A DNA stretch of 64,000 bases. It comes from a candidate division WWE3 bacterium RIFCSPHIGHO2_01_FULL_40_23 (GTDB lineage Bacteria; Patescibacteriota; WWE3; UBA101185; 2-01-FULL-41-18). This document shows, in pieces, positions 19,803 through 29,136 of this stretch (within the stretch, counting starts at the first letter, position 1; every line of letters begins with the position of its first letter). Location of the stretch: positions 189,483-253,482 of the forward strand of contig MEUZ01000001.1 of the NCBI GenBank assembly GCA_001772615.1, in the 5' to 3' direction. The notes under the pieces are model-generated. The model made no database searches, had not been told where the DNA came from, and saw only the letters and a program-made list of their open reading frames with translations. Made by a program: the position numbers and the translations under genes.

Positions 19803-21095
19803 ATGAGAAAAGTTGCAACACTTCACAACCTAATGGTTTATCTTTTCCACTTCCTTGTTTGCGTCACCCCCCTGATATTTTTTAAGGGGGTTAACGAAAT
19901 ATTTGAATTCCCAAAAATGACTTTTGTTTATCTTTGCGTTTCATTAATATTTCTTCTTTTTAGTTGTAAAAGAATTCTTGCAAACGATTTTAAATTTAAA
20001 TTTAGTAGGTTCTTTATTCCAGTTTCTCTTTTTCTTCTAGCTAATACACTTTCAACGCTATTTTCAATAGGAACCTATACTTCAATCTGGGGCTATTACA
20101 CAAGATTTAACGGAGGCCTTGTTTCAATCATTATTTTTACAATTATGTATTTTATTTTTATAAACGAGTTAAGTGCTGAAGAAAGAGAAAGCGTTTTAAG
20201 AACTATAATTCTTGGGTCAATACCCGTTTCTCTTTACGGGATAGCGCAAAACCTTGGGTATGAAAAGGGGTACTGGGAAGAGGACTCACAGGCAAGGGTG
20301 TTTGCGACTCTCGGTCAGCCTAATTGGCTCGCGGCTTATTTAATTCTCATAATCCCTCCGACGCTTTATAAAATGCTTTCAGTCAGAGACGAAAGAGCCA
20401 AACTCCTTTTTTTTCTGGTTGCGGCTATGGCGTATGCCTCTCTCTGGTTTACATATTCTTTGTCGGGACTTTTAGGATTCGGGGTATCCATGATTCTCTT
20501 TTCAACTTTTGTGGACAAAGCCGTAGTTAAACACAACTTGAGATTTGTAATGTCTCTTGTATTTGTTTTCCTTTTAATAAGCTTTTTAAGACCTGGTGTC
20601 ATTAAGCCTAAGGTCATTGATTCAATAAATGACATCAGGAAAAAGTTTTCGGTAAGTTTTGCAGCTTATGCCGATGAAGACACTTCTGAAAAAAGATTCG
20701 GTGACACTACGGCAATAAGACTTGGAATTTGGGAGGGAACAAAAAGTTTAATATTTGCTTCTCCTAAAAACTTTCTTATTGGAACAGGGCCTGAAACATT
20801 TCCTTATGCTTTTTTAAAGTACAGACCCAAAGAGCTCAACCAGACAACAGAGTGGAATTTTGTGTTTAACAAACCACATAACTTTTATCTTGAGATTTTT
20901 TCAAACCTTGGACTGTTTGGTTTTTTCTCTTATCTTCTTATCATAAAAACAGTTTTGTTCAAGCTTAAAGAAAAGACTAACTTTCATCTTGCTTCGGGTC
21001 TTTCGGCTTTATTTGTAAGTGATTTCTTCGGCTGGCATACCGTTACCGCAAGCATGCTTTTGTATTTATTCCTTGGGTTGATGGAAGATTCTTAA
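19803..21095 (+). CDS. O-antigen ligase/oligosaccharyltransferase-like membrane protein
   Basis: RVFATLGQPNWLA, R..IW...GTGPETF, KPHNFYLE. Confidence 0.85.
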   Translation: MRKVATLHNLMVYLFHFLVCVTPLIFFKGVNEIFEFPKMTFVYLCVSLIFLLFSCKRILANDFKFKFSRFFIPVSLFLLANTLSTLFSIGTYTSIWGYYTRFNGGLVSIIIFTIMYFIFINELSAEERESVLRTIILGSIPVSLYGIAQNLGYEKGYWEEDSQARVFATLGQPNWLAAYLILIIPPTLYKMLSVRDERAKLLFFLVAAMAYASLWFTYSLSGLLGFGVSMILFSTFVDKAVVKHNLRFVMSLVFVFLLISFLRPGVIKPKVIDSINDIRKKFSVSFAAYADEDTSEKRFGDTTAIRLGIWEGTKSLIFASPKNFLIGTGPETFPYAFLKYRPKELNQTTEWNFVFNKPHNFYLEIFSNLGLFGFFSYLLIIKTVLFKLKEKTNFHLASGLSALFVSDFFGWHTVTASMLLYLFLGLMEDS

Positions 21096-21098
21096 AAG

Positions 21099-21716
21099 GT
21101 GGATAAAAAAATAAAAGCTGTTTTGCTTACGATAACACTTTTAATTTATGTTTCATTTACCGTTAAGGTAATTAATATATTTCTTGCCGACTACTATCAC
21201 ATTAAAGGTAAAAAGCTTTTGTATAGGGGATACCTCTCGGAGGCAAATGACAATATTAATAAAGCCATAAAACTAAATTATGAAGAGCCGTCCTATCATA
21301 GGACTAATGCTGCTTTGTTTCTTGCTGCGCTCTCTTTAAAGGAAGGAGACATGCAAAAAATAAAACAATATGCCCTGTCGGAAATGGAAACCGCTTATAA
21401 TCTTCAGAAAATAAACCTTGTCAATCTTAAACACCTGCTCTCTCTTTATTATTACTTAAGTGTTGATGACGCTGTAGATCCGAGGGAAATTGATGATCGA
21501 TTAAAGACAAAAACAATGACCTTTTTTGAAGAGGTAAAGGACATTTCGCCAAATGACTCAAGCGTTTACCTTACGATCGGAAAATATTACGGACTGCTTA
21601 AGGAATATGAGTTGGCGGAAGAAGCTCTTGAGAAAGCCTTGAAGCTTAAGCCTGATCTAAAGGAGGCAAAAGATGAGCTTGATGCAGTCAGAGTTAAAAC
21701 AGGTTTTAAGGCCTGA
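21099..21716 (+). CDS. TM-anchored TPR protein
   Basis: AIKLN, ISPND, ALEKALKLKPD TPR motifs; 3 nt after the ligase-like gene. Confidence 0.8.
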   Translation: MDKKIKAVLLTITLLIYVSFTVKVINIFLADYYHIKGKKLLYRGYLSEANDNINKAIKLNYEEPSYHRTNAALFLAALSLKEGDMQKIKQYALSEMETAYNLQKINLVNLKHLLSLYYYLSVDDAVDPREIDDRLKTKTMTFFEEVKDISPNDSSVYLTIGKYYGLLKEYELAEEALEKALKLKPDLKEAKDELDAVRVKTGFKA

Positions 21717-22839
21717 CCTCAACCACATAAGAAGAGGATACCCAACCTTCTTTACCGTCTCCAAAAAGCACTTTAAGCCATTCCGTTCTTTCCTCAAGGA
21801 CAGACACCTCATCACCGCTGTTTATTCTCCCTATTTCGCTCGCGGTCAAACTCGGCTCTGATCTCACCCTTAACCAGCCTGTACCTGTGGATAGGACCTT
21901 CACTTTCTTACCTATAAGGTCAATACCAGTAAACCTTTCAAGTGCAGTTTTAGCCTCATTGGTCAATCCACTATCGGATTTCCTTCCAAGGTAAGCTATT
22001 GTATCACCGGCTTTCAAGGCAAATTTATCATTTCCCGTAACGGGACTGCCGTCCGCTCCATAAATATTCCCAAGGTAGTCAATAAAATATGAGAATTTAA
22101 GAGCTGTGTTTCTTGTTTTATTCCAGTAAACAATCCCGTTTACCCAAAGAGGAACATCCAGGGTTAACTCATTAAGATCGGAAGAAAGATCATAAACAAC
22201 TTTAGACCCCGGGATGACAGCCGACTTATCAGGGACCGGAATTAGAAAGAGCTGAACCGAAACATTAAGTTTGTAGTTCTTCTTTATTTTAACTCTTGCC
22301 GTTTGAGGCTCAAAACCCGCTTTTTCCACGCGAAGGTCATACTCCCCATCGGAAAGAACTGATGACGAATATGGTGTCTTTCCAACCTCGGCGTCGTCAA
22401 TAAAAACGGTTGCCTGCGATGGTTCCGAAACAAGGCTTATTTTTGAACTTAAATCTTTATAATCAATCCAAAAATTCTGCCCTGAAGAAAAGCTTCTTGA
22501 AATGCCAAGATCCCTATTAATAACGACTTGGGGAACTTCTCTTGAGTTTGTCGTAAAGGGAATCGTCGCTTCATATGAATTTAAAGGCCCTTTAACCTTT
22601 ACCAAGTGTGAGCCGGGTTTTACTTCCCACGACTGGTAAGGAGTATTGCCAAGCTTACTATCATCAAAATAAACTTCTGCATCCCCGTAAGAAACACTAA
22701 CCGAAAGGCCCGATTGCCCCCAAAAAGCGCTTCTATGTCTATAAACTTTATAAAGCAGGAATGCCGAAGTTAAAATGCCCGCAGTAATAAGTAAAATAAA
22801 AAGGGCTTTTTTACCTTTTTCGTTCGTATCCGTCAACAT
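21706..22839 (-). CDS. PEGA-domain protein with C-terminal SH3b domain
   Basis: Two PEGA repeats (V.FD...G.TP), TGWLRVR.EP...GWVSS.Y; start ATG 22839 (longer call overlaps the tRNA). Confidence 0.85.
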   Translation of the reverse strand: MLTDTNEKGKKALFILLITAGILTSAFLLYKVYRHRSAFWGQSGLSVSVSYGDAEVYFDDSKLGNTPYQSWEVKPGSHLVKVKGPLNSYEATIPFTTNSREVPQVVINRDLGISRSFSSGQNFWIDYKDLSSKISLVSEPSQATVFIDDAEVGKTPYSSSVLSDGEYDLRVEKAGFEPQTARVKIKKNYKLNVSVQLFLIPVPDKSAVIPGSKVVYDLSSDLNELTLDVPLWVNGIVYWNKTRNTALKFSYFIDYLGNIYGADGSPVTGNDKFALKAGDTIAYLGRKSDSGLTNEAKTALERFTGIDLIGKKVKVLSTGTGWLRVRSEPSLTASEIGRINSGDEVSVLEERTEWLKVLFGDGKEGWVSSSYVVEVRP

Positions 22840-22862
22840 TGGTTGTATAATATACCAGTCAG

Positions 22863-22936
22863 GGCCTGATCGCCAAGTGGTAAGGCAGGAGTCTGCAAAA
22901 CTCTTATCGGCGGTTCGATTCCGCCTCAGGCCTCCA
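22863..22936 (+). tRNA. tRNA-Cys(GCA)
   Basis: GGCCTGA/TCAGGCC acceptor stem, anticodon GCA 22895-22897, GTTCGATTC T-loop, U discriminator, encoded CCA. Confidence 0.97.
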
Positions 22937-23138
22937 GGATCTGTACAAAGTTTATTGGATAGAACACAAAAGCAAAAAGTCACGATAAACGGAATCGAAC
23001 TGCCGGACTGAGGAACGAAGTGACGAGGGAGGCGGGCTCGCGGGATTTAGAAGCTGTTATGAGCAAAGCGAATTACAGATTCTTAATACACGTGAGTCGA
23101 TTCCGCCTCAGGCCTCCAGGATCTGTACAAAGTTTATT
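22915..23138 (+). repeat. 42-bp direct repeat of the tRNA-Cys 3' end with internal inverted T-arm copy
   Basis: 22915-22956 identical to 23097-23138; 22990-23005 is a 15/16 reverse complement of 22908-22923. Confidence 0.9.
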
Positions 23139-23145
23139 ATCTAGC

Positions 23146-24135
23146 GTGCACAAATTTATTGAAAACCACTTAAGACATAGAACTTTTAAGGATTTCTACC
23201 AATCGGATATTACATCCGTTGAAGAGGATATAGCCACAAGCGGGATAGCGGAAGTCTTTGCGCCGGTAATACTTAGAGCGTTGTTTTGGGCGGCCCTTAC
23301 CTTACCTGCCGTCGTAAGCTTAAACACCTCAAACGTTGCTTTATTCCTTACACCAATAGCCTTTGTTGCGGGTTCCGCATGGTTCATACTGTCCCTATCA
23401 ACAATAAAACTGAAATTTAAACATTTTGCAGGGGACATCACAAAAAACATTTTTGAGAGCTTTCTTACCTCTCTTCTTATAATGCTGTTTATAGCTCTGT
23501 TTGCCTTAAACACATCGGCAGTAACCATTGAATATACGCTGCAAAGTAACACTTATTTTAAAATCTTTTCAGCCGTACTTGCTTCCATTGTCACAATAAG
23601 AATCGTTTATTTAATCGTTGTAGGATCCATCCAATATGCAACAAACGACGCCATGCTAACCGGCCAGCGGGAGCTTATGCAGGAGTACTTCAGGCGATCA
23701 CTCTCGTTTACATACATGGTTGCAGATTTAATCCGCAAGGAGCCCGATATAAAAGTAACAAACTATTACATCAGCGACGCCTTTTCACGAATTTTTAATG
23801 TTGCAAAACACCACCTTGTTAACAGAGCCAAACCGGGTTTTGAAGAAAAAGTAAAGGAAATTGAAGAGTTAAATAAAGACGCTCTTGCTGTTTTATCAAA
23901 CCCCGAAAGAGACCAGGACGAAGTCAATAAAACGTTCTTAACTTTGCTTCTGGGGTTTAAAAAATTATTAAATACCAAAAACAAGTCGGCCCGAAAGATA
24001 AGCTATGTGGAGATTGAAATTGACTGCCTGGAGAAAAATAAAGACTCGCATAGAGTGATTGCGTTAAGATACGCAACTATTTTCGCTCTGATTTACGAGA
24101 TTTTGCAGGATGAGGGCGAGGACATCTTCCTGTAA
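23146..24135 (+). CDS. multi-TM hypothetical protein
   Basis: Long ORF; GTG 23146 chosen because the upstream part lies in the tRNA repeat. Confidence 0.65.
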   Translation: MHKFIENHLRHRTFKDFYQSDITSVEEDIATSGIAEVFAPVILRALFWAALTLPAVVSLNTSNVALFLTPIAFVAGSAWFILSLSTIKLKFKHFAGDITKNIFESFLTSLLIMLFIALFALNTSAVTIEYTLQSNTYFKIFSAVLASIVTIRIVYLIVVGSIQYATNDAMLTGQRELMQEYFRRSLSFTYMVADLIRKEPDIKVTNYYISDAFSRIFNVAKHHLVNRAKPGFEEKVKEIEELNKDALAVLSNPERDQDEVNKTFLTLLLGFKKLLNTKNKSARKISYVEIEIDCLEKNKDSHRVIALRYATIFALIYEILQDEGEDIFL

Positions 24136-24139
24136 CCAT

Positions 24140-25603
24140 ATGAGATTAAGATTGATCATATTCACCCTTTTAGTACTCGGAGCTGTTGCGATCTTTTCAA
24201 GTCTTCAGAGGAAACATGATAAAGTAGATAAGAACGGAGCTTCTCCAACCAAGGATGCCAAAGAGGAACTAGTCCCCACTCCCGATTCCGACCAGAGTGC
24301 CCTCTTACAAAAAGGGCCGCTCATAGCACCTCCGCAACAAGACATCTACGCCAACACTTTTGAGCGTTTTAGCTATCGCTTACCTTTCATTAAACCCGAG
24401 TACATAGATTCAAATAGAGGCTTTGGTTATTGTTATCCGGGAGAGAAGGAGTGTCAGGAAAAGTTTGATGCGTCAAAGTATTTTATAAAACAGTACACAA
24501 TCGACGGGAATTTGGAAATCCAATTTATTCCTGTTGAGAATAAGCTGTACGAAATTCCCATCTGGGCTATACACAGCACATCATATGATAAATTAATCCT
24601 CAAGATCAAAGCCGGTGAAGATCTAGGAAGCCCCTGGTCTTCCAGAGTTTACAGTGATAGCACATCTTTGCCGTTTTATCCAAAAACCGCTTGTAATGTG
24701 GCTAAATTCGTAAGGGCATACAACCCATATTCCTGCAAGCCATACTCCTATAGAGCTAGAGGTAATATAAAACTTGGAATTATCGAGTTTATGCTCCCTA
24801 ATACTAAACTTCCAGCAGCCTTCGGTAAAAACTATGCAGACTACCTGAACGACTCAAGACAAACTTACAGCTTATGCGTACTGAATTATGACAACAACTG
24901 CGCTCCAGGCAACGCCACAAACACACACTATTCATTTAGATACCTGAACAAGTTCTACAAAGAAGAAGCAATAAAACACAAATTTTCAGATATTAATTTT
25001 GAGATCTCTACCTTTGGGCCATTTAAAATCCCTTCTATACCTAGATATGGCTATGATAGAGATATGAGGTACCTGAACAAACTCTTCAGAGAAGCATCCA
25101 AAACAAATGGGGTAAACCTGGACAAATTTGACCTGCTTGCTTTTGTCTTCTTTGACGATTTGAGGGAAACCCCTAAAAAGTACGCTTTTGTCTCAACAGT
25201 GTATGAAAATGCCGCTTTTATTAATATAGTTGGGATAGAGCCTACAGTAGTTGACGGCAAGGAGGTTTGGTTTCTGCCTAATGGTGATACGGATGTAGAA
25301 ACCCTAATCCATGAATTAGGACATGTATTAGGTGCAGACGATAAATACAGTTTGGTAAGCCCAGGTAGTATAGCGACAACTTGCAGAAGAGAAGGTCTTG
25401 GGGATCCGGATAAAAAACCGCTTTTTCCCCAAGAAACAGCGGACGTCTACTGTGGAAAGATATTTGAAACCAAAGAAGCATTTGAAAACCCTAAAGGCGG
25501 AAGTGATGGGACATATCAAGCTGTTCTAAACAGTGATATAAATGCTAAAGGAAGACTTGTAATAAATAGATATACCGCCAAAGAATTAGGTTGGATAGAT
25601 TGA
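24140..25603 (+). CDS. membrane-anchored zinc metalloprotease (metzincin-like)
   Basis: N-terminal TM; IHELGHVLGADDKY; C-terminal ELGWID. Confidence 0.75.
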   Translation: MRLRLIIFTLLVLGAVAIFSSLQRKHDKVDKNGASPTKDAKEELVPTPDSDQSALLQKGPLIAPPQQDIYANTFERFSYRLPFIKPEYIDSNRGFGYCYPGEKECQEKFDASKYFIKQYTIDGNLEIQFIPVENKLYEIPIWAIHSTSYDKLILKIKAGEDLGSPWSSRVYSDSTSLPFYPKTACNVAKFVRAYNPYSCKPYSYRARGNIKLGIIEFMLPNTKLPAAFGKNYADYLNDSRQTYSLCVLNYDNNCAPGNATNTHYSFRYLNKFYKEEAIKHKFSDINFEISTFGPFKIPSIPRYGYDRDMRYLNKLFREASKTNGVNLDKFDLLAFVFFDDLRETPKKYAFVSTVYENAAFINIVGIEPTVVDGKEVWFLPNGDTDVETLIHELGHVLGADDKYSLVSPGSIATTCRREGLGDPDKKPLFPQETADVYCGKIFETKEAFENPKGGSDGTYQAVLNSDINAKGRLVINRYTAKELGWID

Positions 25604-25617
25604 GCAAAAGTCCTGAC

Positions 25618-26244
25618 CTACATAAAAGACTGGAGGATCATTTTGTAAAACTTCTTCTGGTTTAGGTAGTGATCAACAATAATAAATTCAATTCCCGCGT
25701 TTGTGGCAAACTGGTAATCGGTCTGGGAATCCCCGAAATAAATGCAGTCCTCTTTTTTGGACCCGCTTTTGTTAATTATCATGTCAAGGCAGAAAGGGTC
25801 GGGCTTTTCATGGCCTTCATCAGTGCAGGAAACAACATAGTTCAGGTATTGCGACAGGCCATTGTTTTCCATTATCTTGTTTAAAGATCCGTACTGCCTG
25901 TTGGTGCAGACGGATACTATCCTCCCCTCTTTATTGAGCGTTTTAATAATATCCGAAACTGCGTCAAATATTTCAATTTTATCTATGTTTTTTATGTGCA
26001 AGTCTTCGTTTTCCTTAACGAGAACGTGGGGGTTAAGCTTTAAACCGAAATGCAAAATCGCTTCATCAAACTGAAGATGCATTGCTGTTCCTCTTGATTT
26101 GAAATGAAGGTCTCTTAAGTATAGGTCCACTTCATAATGCTTGATGTCAATATATTTATCAAAGGTGTCAACAAACATCTGCTGGTTGAATTCGTATGAA
26201 TTTGTGATGGTGTCGTCAACATCAAAAATAAAATGTTTTTTCAC
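25618..26244 (-). CDS. HAD-superfamily hydrolase
   Basis: FDVDDT, CTN, KPDP, FGDS.TD. Confidence 0.9.
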   Translation of the reverse strand: MKKHFIFDVDDTITNSYEFNQQMFVDTFDKYIDIKHYEVDLYLRDLHFKSRGTAMHLQFDEAILHFGLKLNPHVLVKENEDLHIKNIDKIEIFDAVSDIIKTLNKEGRIVSVCTNRQYGSLNKIMENNGLSQYLNYVVSCTDEGHEKPDPFCLDMIINKSGSKKEDCIYFGDSQTDYQFATNAGIEFIIVDHYLNQKKFYKMILQSFM

Positions 26245-26290
26245 GGGTGTAATTATACGTCTTTTTAATAGGGTTGTCGTTTGTTATTAG

Positions 26291-26364
26291 TTTGTCATCC
26301 CGGCGAAAGCAGGGATCCTGAATCAAGTTCAGGATGACAAGGGCCCAAGCCCGGGATGACAAAA
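26291..26364. repeat. REP-like palindromic element (compound)
   Basis: TTTGTCATCCCGGCGAAAGCAGGGATCCTGAATCAAGTTCAGGATGACAA...CCCGGGATGACAAAA. Confidence 0.85.
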
Positions 26365-26455
26365 GGTCCGCGACACAACGGACTAAGTCTAAACAAAAAG
26401 GAGGTGGACTGCAGTCAATACACCTCCTTAAAAATCCTTTGTCAACTTATGGGGT

Positions 26456-27742
26456 TTACCAGCTTCCAGAATCAGATCCGCCGGTATCCCAACTACCGCT
26501 ATCGCTACCGCCTCCCGTATCCCATGATCCAGAGTCACTGCCTGAGTCCCAACCGCCATCGGAATCGGAACCCCAGCTACCCGAATCCGTACCTCCGCTG
26601 TCCCAGCTCCCACCAGAGTCGGAGTCATCATCAGACGAATCAAACAATGATGTGCTTGAGGACGACGAGGGCTCCGGAGTGCTCGTCGGCTCGGGTGTAT
26701 TAGTCGGAAGTGGCGTGGGTGTAGGCGTTGCGGCAAGATCAGTAGCGTCTTCAGCTTTCTTAATCGCCGAGTCCGCATAAGCCATCGACGCAATGAAATC
26801 CTCGCCGTAGCAGGCTTGCCGTGCCTTCGCAACCTCCCCCTTGGCCTCCGCCAATTTGTTCTTGGCATTAACTTTATTATAGGAACTTGCGGCCACGTAA
26901 GTTATCGTGTCTGTAATTTCCTTGTCCGCCGAGATAATCTGGGTGTACGCAGTAACCACATTGGCACTGTCCACATCAGCGCGAATCCTAGCAGTAGCAA
27001 TGAGCTCCTCTGCCTTTTTGCCCTCATCGTACACCGCTGGCTTATCAATGATTCCCTCTACGGGAGTTTGAAAAGCGCGGAAGGCTACTGCGAGCTGAAC
27101 CTGTCCATTCTGTAGGGTAAAATAGGAGGCGCTGAATGTTTGAACCTTTCGATTCGGTTCATCGCATAGCACCTTCCTTGGAAGCTCATCAATGTATTGC
27201 CGCGTGGAGGTGATGGAATCACCAACCTTCACAAGATAACCGCTGTCAATATCCATTGCCTTGCGGTCAAGCTCAAGAAGGTAAGCTCTCGCATTACCCT
27301 CGGCGAGCTCGTTTACCACGACAGTCGGCTGCAAGGCCTCGTTCAGACTTTTTAGGTCCGCGTAAGCTCCATCCCAGTTTTTTGATTCCTGATCTTCGTC
27401 AAGGGCAAGTAGAAGATCGGAAATCCTTCCCTTCGGAGCCAATAACTCATCGGCGTTTGACAACTGCCGCGAGTAATCAGCCGTGTAGTAGGAAGGGAAC
27501 TTGGGAGGCTTGTGTGCGTCAAGAACCTGATGCGCCTCCGGAAGATTCTCCGTCAGCTCCTGAACCTGAAAGCGGATGCCATCCTCCCGCCTTTGAACAT
27601 CCATCGCCTTGGCGGGGGATAAAATTGAGGGGCCAAACATGATGGCCGCGCCGGCAAACATCATCAGGATTCCCGAAACCACCCACCGCCACCAATTCTC
27701 AAAATCAAAGTACCTATCGAGTATTTTCGACAGTTCGTCCAC
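26456..27742 (-). CDS. TM-anchored helical protein with Pro/Thr linker and Gly/Ser/Asp/Trp repeat tail
   Basis: AAAAAGGAGAGG RBS before GTG; tail of SGSW/GGW units; terminator hairpin 26395-26430. Confidence 0.75.
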   Translation of the reverse strand: MDELSKILDRYFDFENWWRWVVSGILMMFAGAAIMFGPSILSPAKAMDVQRREDGIRFQVQELTENLPEAHQVLDAHKPPKFPSYYTADYSRQLSNADELLAPKGRISDLLLALDEDQESKNWDGAYADLKSLNEALQPTVVVNELAEGNARAYLLELDRKAMDIDSGYLVKVGDSITSTRQYIDELPRKVLCDEPNRKVQTFSASYFTLQNGQVQLAVAFRAFQTPVEGIIDKPAVYDEGKKAEELIATARIRADVDSANVVTAYTQIISADKEITDTITYVAASSYNKVNAKNKLAEAKGEVAKARQACYGEDFIASMAYADSAIKKAEDATDLAATPTPTPLPTNTPEPTSTPEPSSSSSTSLFDSSDDDSDSGGSWDSGGTDSGSWGSDSDGGWDSGSDSGSWDTGGGSDSGSWDTGGSDSGSW

Positions 27743-27818
27743 TTTGTCCTCTCCTTTTTACGACAGATTAATTTTTGCTTTCGCAAACCGCCGGATTTAA
27801 CAACTCACAACCACCTTT

Positions 27819-27886
27819 GTCATCCCGGGTTTGACCCGGGATCCCGTTGGAGTTGCTGTAGAGATCCCTGCATCCGCAGGGATGAC
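27819..27886. repeat. REP-like palindromic element (double hairpin)
   Basis: GTCATCCCGGGTTTGACCCGGGATC...GATCCCTGCATCCGCAGGGATGAC. Confidence 0.87.
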
Positions 27887-27964
27887 AGGGGGTCGTGTTA
27901 AACTCGCCGGTTTACACACGAGAAAGTAAAACAAAACTTCCTCGTGTGAATGGTGGGCAGACCT

Positions 27965-28846
27965 TTAGAACGGAATCCCGCACTGCGTACAGGTTGTTGC
28001 GTTCGGAGCTTTCTGAACGCCGCAAGCAGGACAACGCGTTTTTGCTTCTTCAATCTGCTCTTGAAGCTTTGCCTGCCTCTGCTGACGTGCTTCCTCACCC
28101 TGCTTTTCCCAGTAAGCATCTTCATCAGGTTTCGCGGCTTTGTCCAAAGCACCCCACACCTGAAGCTTCAGGGTGAATACACTGAATTTACTTCCGATTC
28201 CTTGGGCAAGGTTGGAGGCAGTTGAGCCCATAAGGTCTGTGAGTGTGGACAGAATGTTCGAAGCGCCGCCAAACCGCCTGGCAATACTTGCTGCAGTACC
28301 GGCAATGTCCAACGCCGCAGTTGCGGCACCCTCAAGTTTGAGATTCCCAACGGAAACCGTGGTTGTCCCGTCACGATTTTCTGTAACGGAAACCTCAAGA
28401 ACTGGGACCCATCGCCCGCCAAGAAGCTGCTGAACGGTATAAGCCCCACCCGCAAATGAGCGGGCCACACGCGTATCATCATCTTCCAAAGCCACCAAGG
28501 CACGCTCAATTACATCAGCCCGGCAGTAGTAATTGTGTGGGTCAGGGTGGTACACAATTGCCGCGCCAACTCCCGCCCCGATTCCAACCACCCCGAGGAG
28601 GGTTCCCAACTCCCCGCTGACGCCGGCTCCGGAAGAAGTGGCTGAGGGCATAGAAGCAAATCTCTGTGAAAGAACCTTAAGCTCCGTTGCTTCCGCCTGT
28701 CTCTTTGGCTGCTTTGCCAATAGACCTTTGAGGATCTTCACCAAGCCATCCTGCGAAAGTTCCGCCCAAGCGTCCTTCATAGGACCCTCTTCAATCCCAT
28801 CCCAAATTGCCTTAAGATCGGAAGGTAGGGCATTAATATCCGCCAT
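27965..28846 (-). CDS. hypothetical protein with C-terminal zinc ribbon
   Basis: TAAGGAG RBS, consensus TTGACA-17-TATAAT promoter upstream, CPACG...CTQCG. Confidence 0.75.
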   Translation of the reverse strand: MADINALPSDLKAIWDGIEEGPMKDAWAELSQDGLVKILKGLLAKQPKRQAEATELKVLSQRFASMPSATSSGAGVSGELGTLLGVVGIGAGVGAAIVYHPDPHNYYCRADVIERALVALEDDDTRVARSFAGGAYTVQQLLGGRWVPVLEVSVTENRDGTTTVSVGNLKLEGAATAALDIAGTAASIARRFGGASNILSTLTDLMGSTASNLAQGIGSKFSVFTLKLQVWGALDKAAKPDEDAYWEKQGEEARQQRQAKLQEQIEEAKTRCPACGVQKAPNATTCTQCGIPF

Positions 28847-28970
28847 TCTCTCATCTCCTTATCTTTTCCTTATTGGTTTTGTAAAGTGTGAGTATTATAG
28901 GTTTTATGAATGCGGGTGTCAAAAACGAACCATGTTTTAAGATTCACTAACACTTTTGCGGGTACTGTCT

Positions 28971-29062
28971 GTCATCCCGGGCTTGACCCGGGATCTTATC
29001 GCGGGATTGTCATAGAGATCCCGGATCATGTGCCCGCCTTCGGCAGGCAGGTCCGGGATGAC
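28971..29062. repeat. REP-like palindromic element with nested TGCCCGCC-TTC-GGCAGGCA hairpin
   Basis: GTCATCCCGGGCTTGACCCGGGATC...GATCCCGGA[..TGCCCGCCTTCGGCAGGCAGG]TCCGGGATGAC. Confidence 0.87.
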
Positions 29063-29136
29063 AATTGGAATAAACCTGAATAAAGATATAAAATATCCGA
29101 TAGCAAAACTATTACAAAGAAAAGAGGAAAGAGACC

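Noticed and set aside
22840-23145. N-terminal extensions of ORFs 21706..22983 and 23020..24135, and ORF 22775..23011
   Set aside because: They overlap tRNA-Cys and its duplicated 3' end; downstream starts fit better.
26334-26868. Repetitive ORFs 26334+, 26356+ and 26428-
   Set aside because: Alternative frames of the low-complexity tail of the 26456..27742 gene.
27760-27800. c-di-GMP-I riboswitch (GAAA tetraloop hairpin upstream of 27742)
   Set aside because: Only an isolated TTTGC-GAAA-GCAAA stem; the other conserved GEMM elements are not evident.
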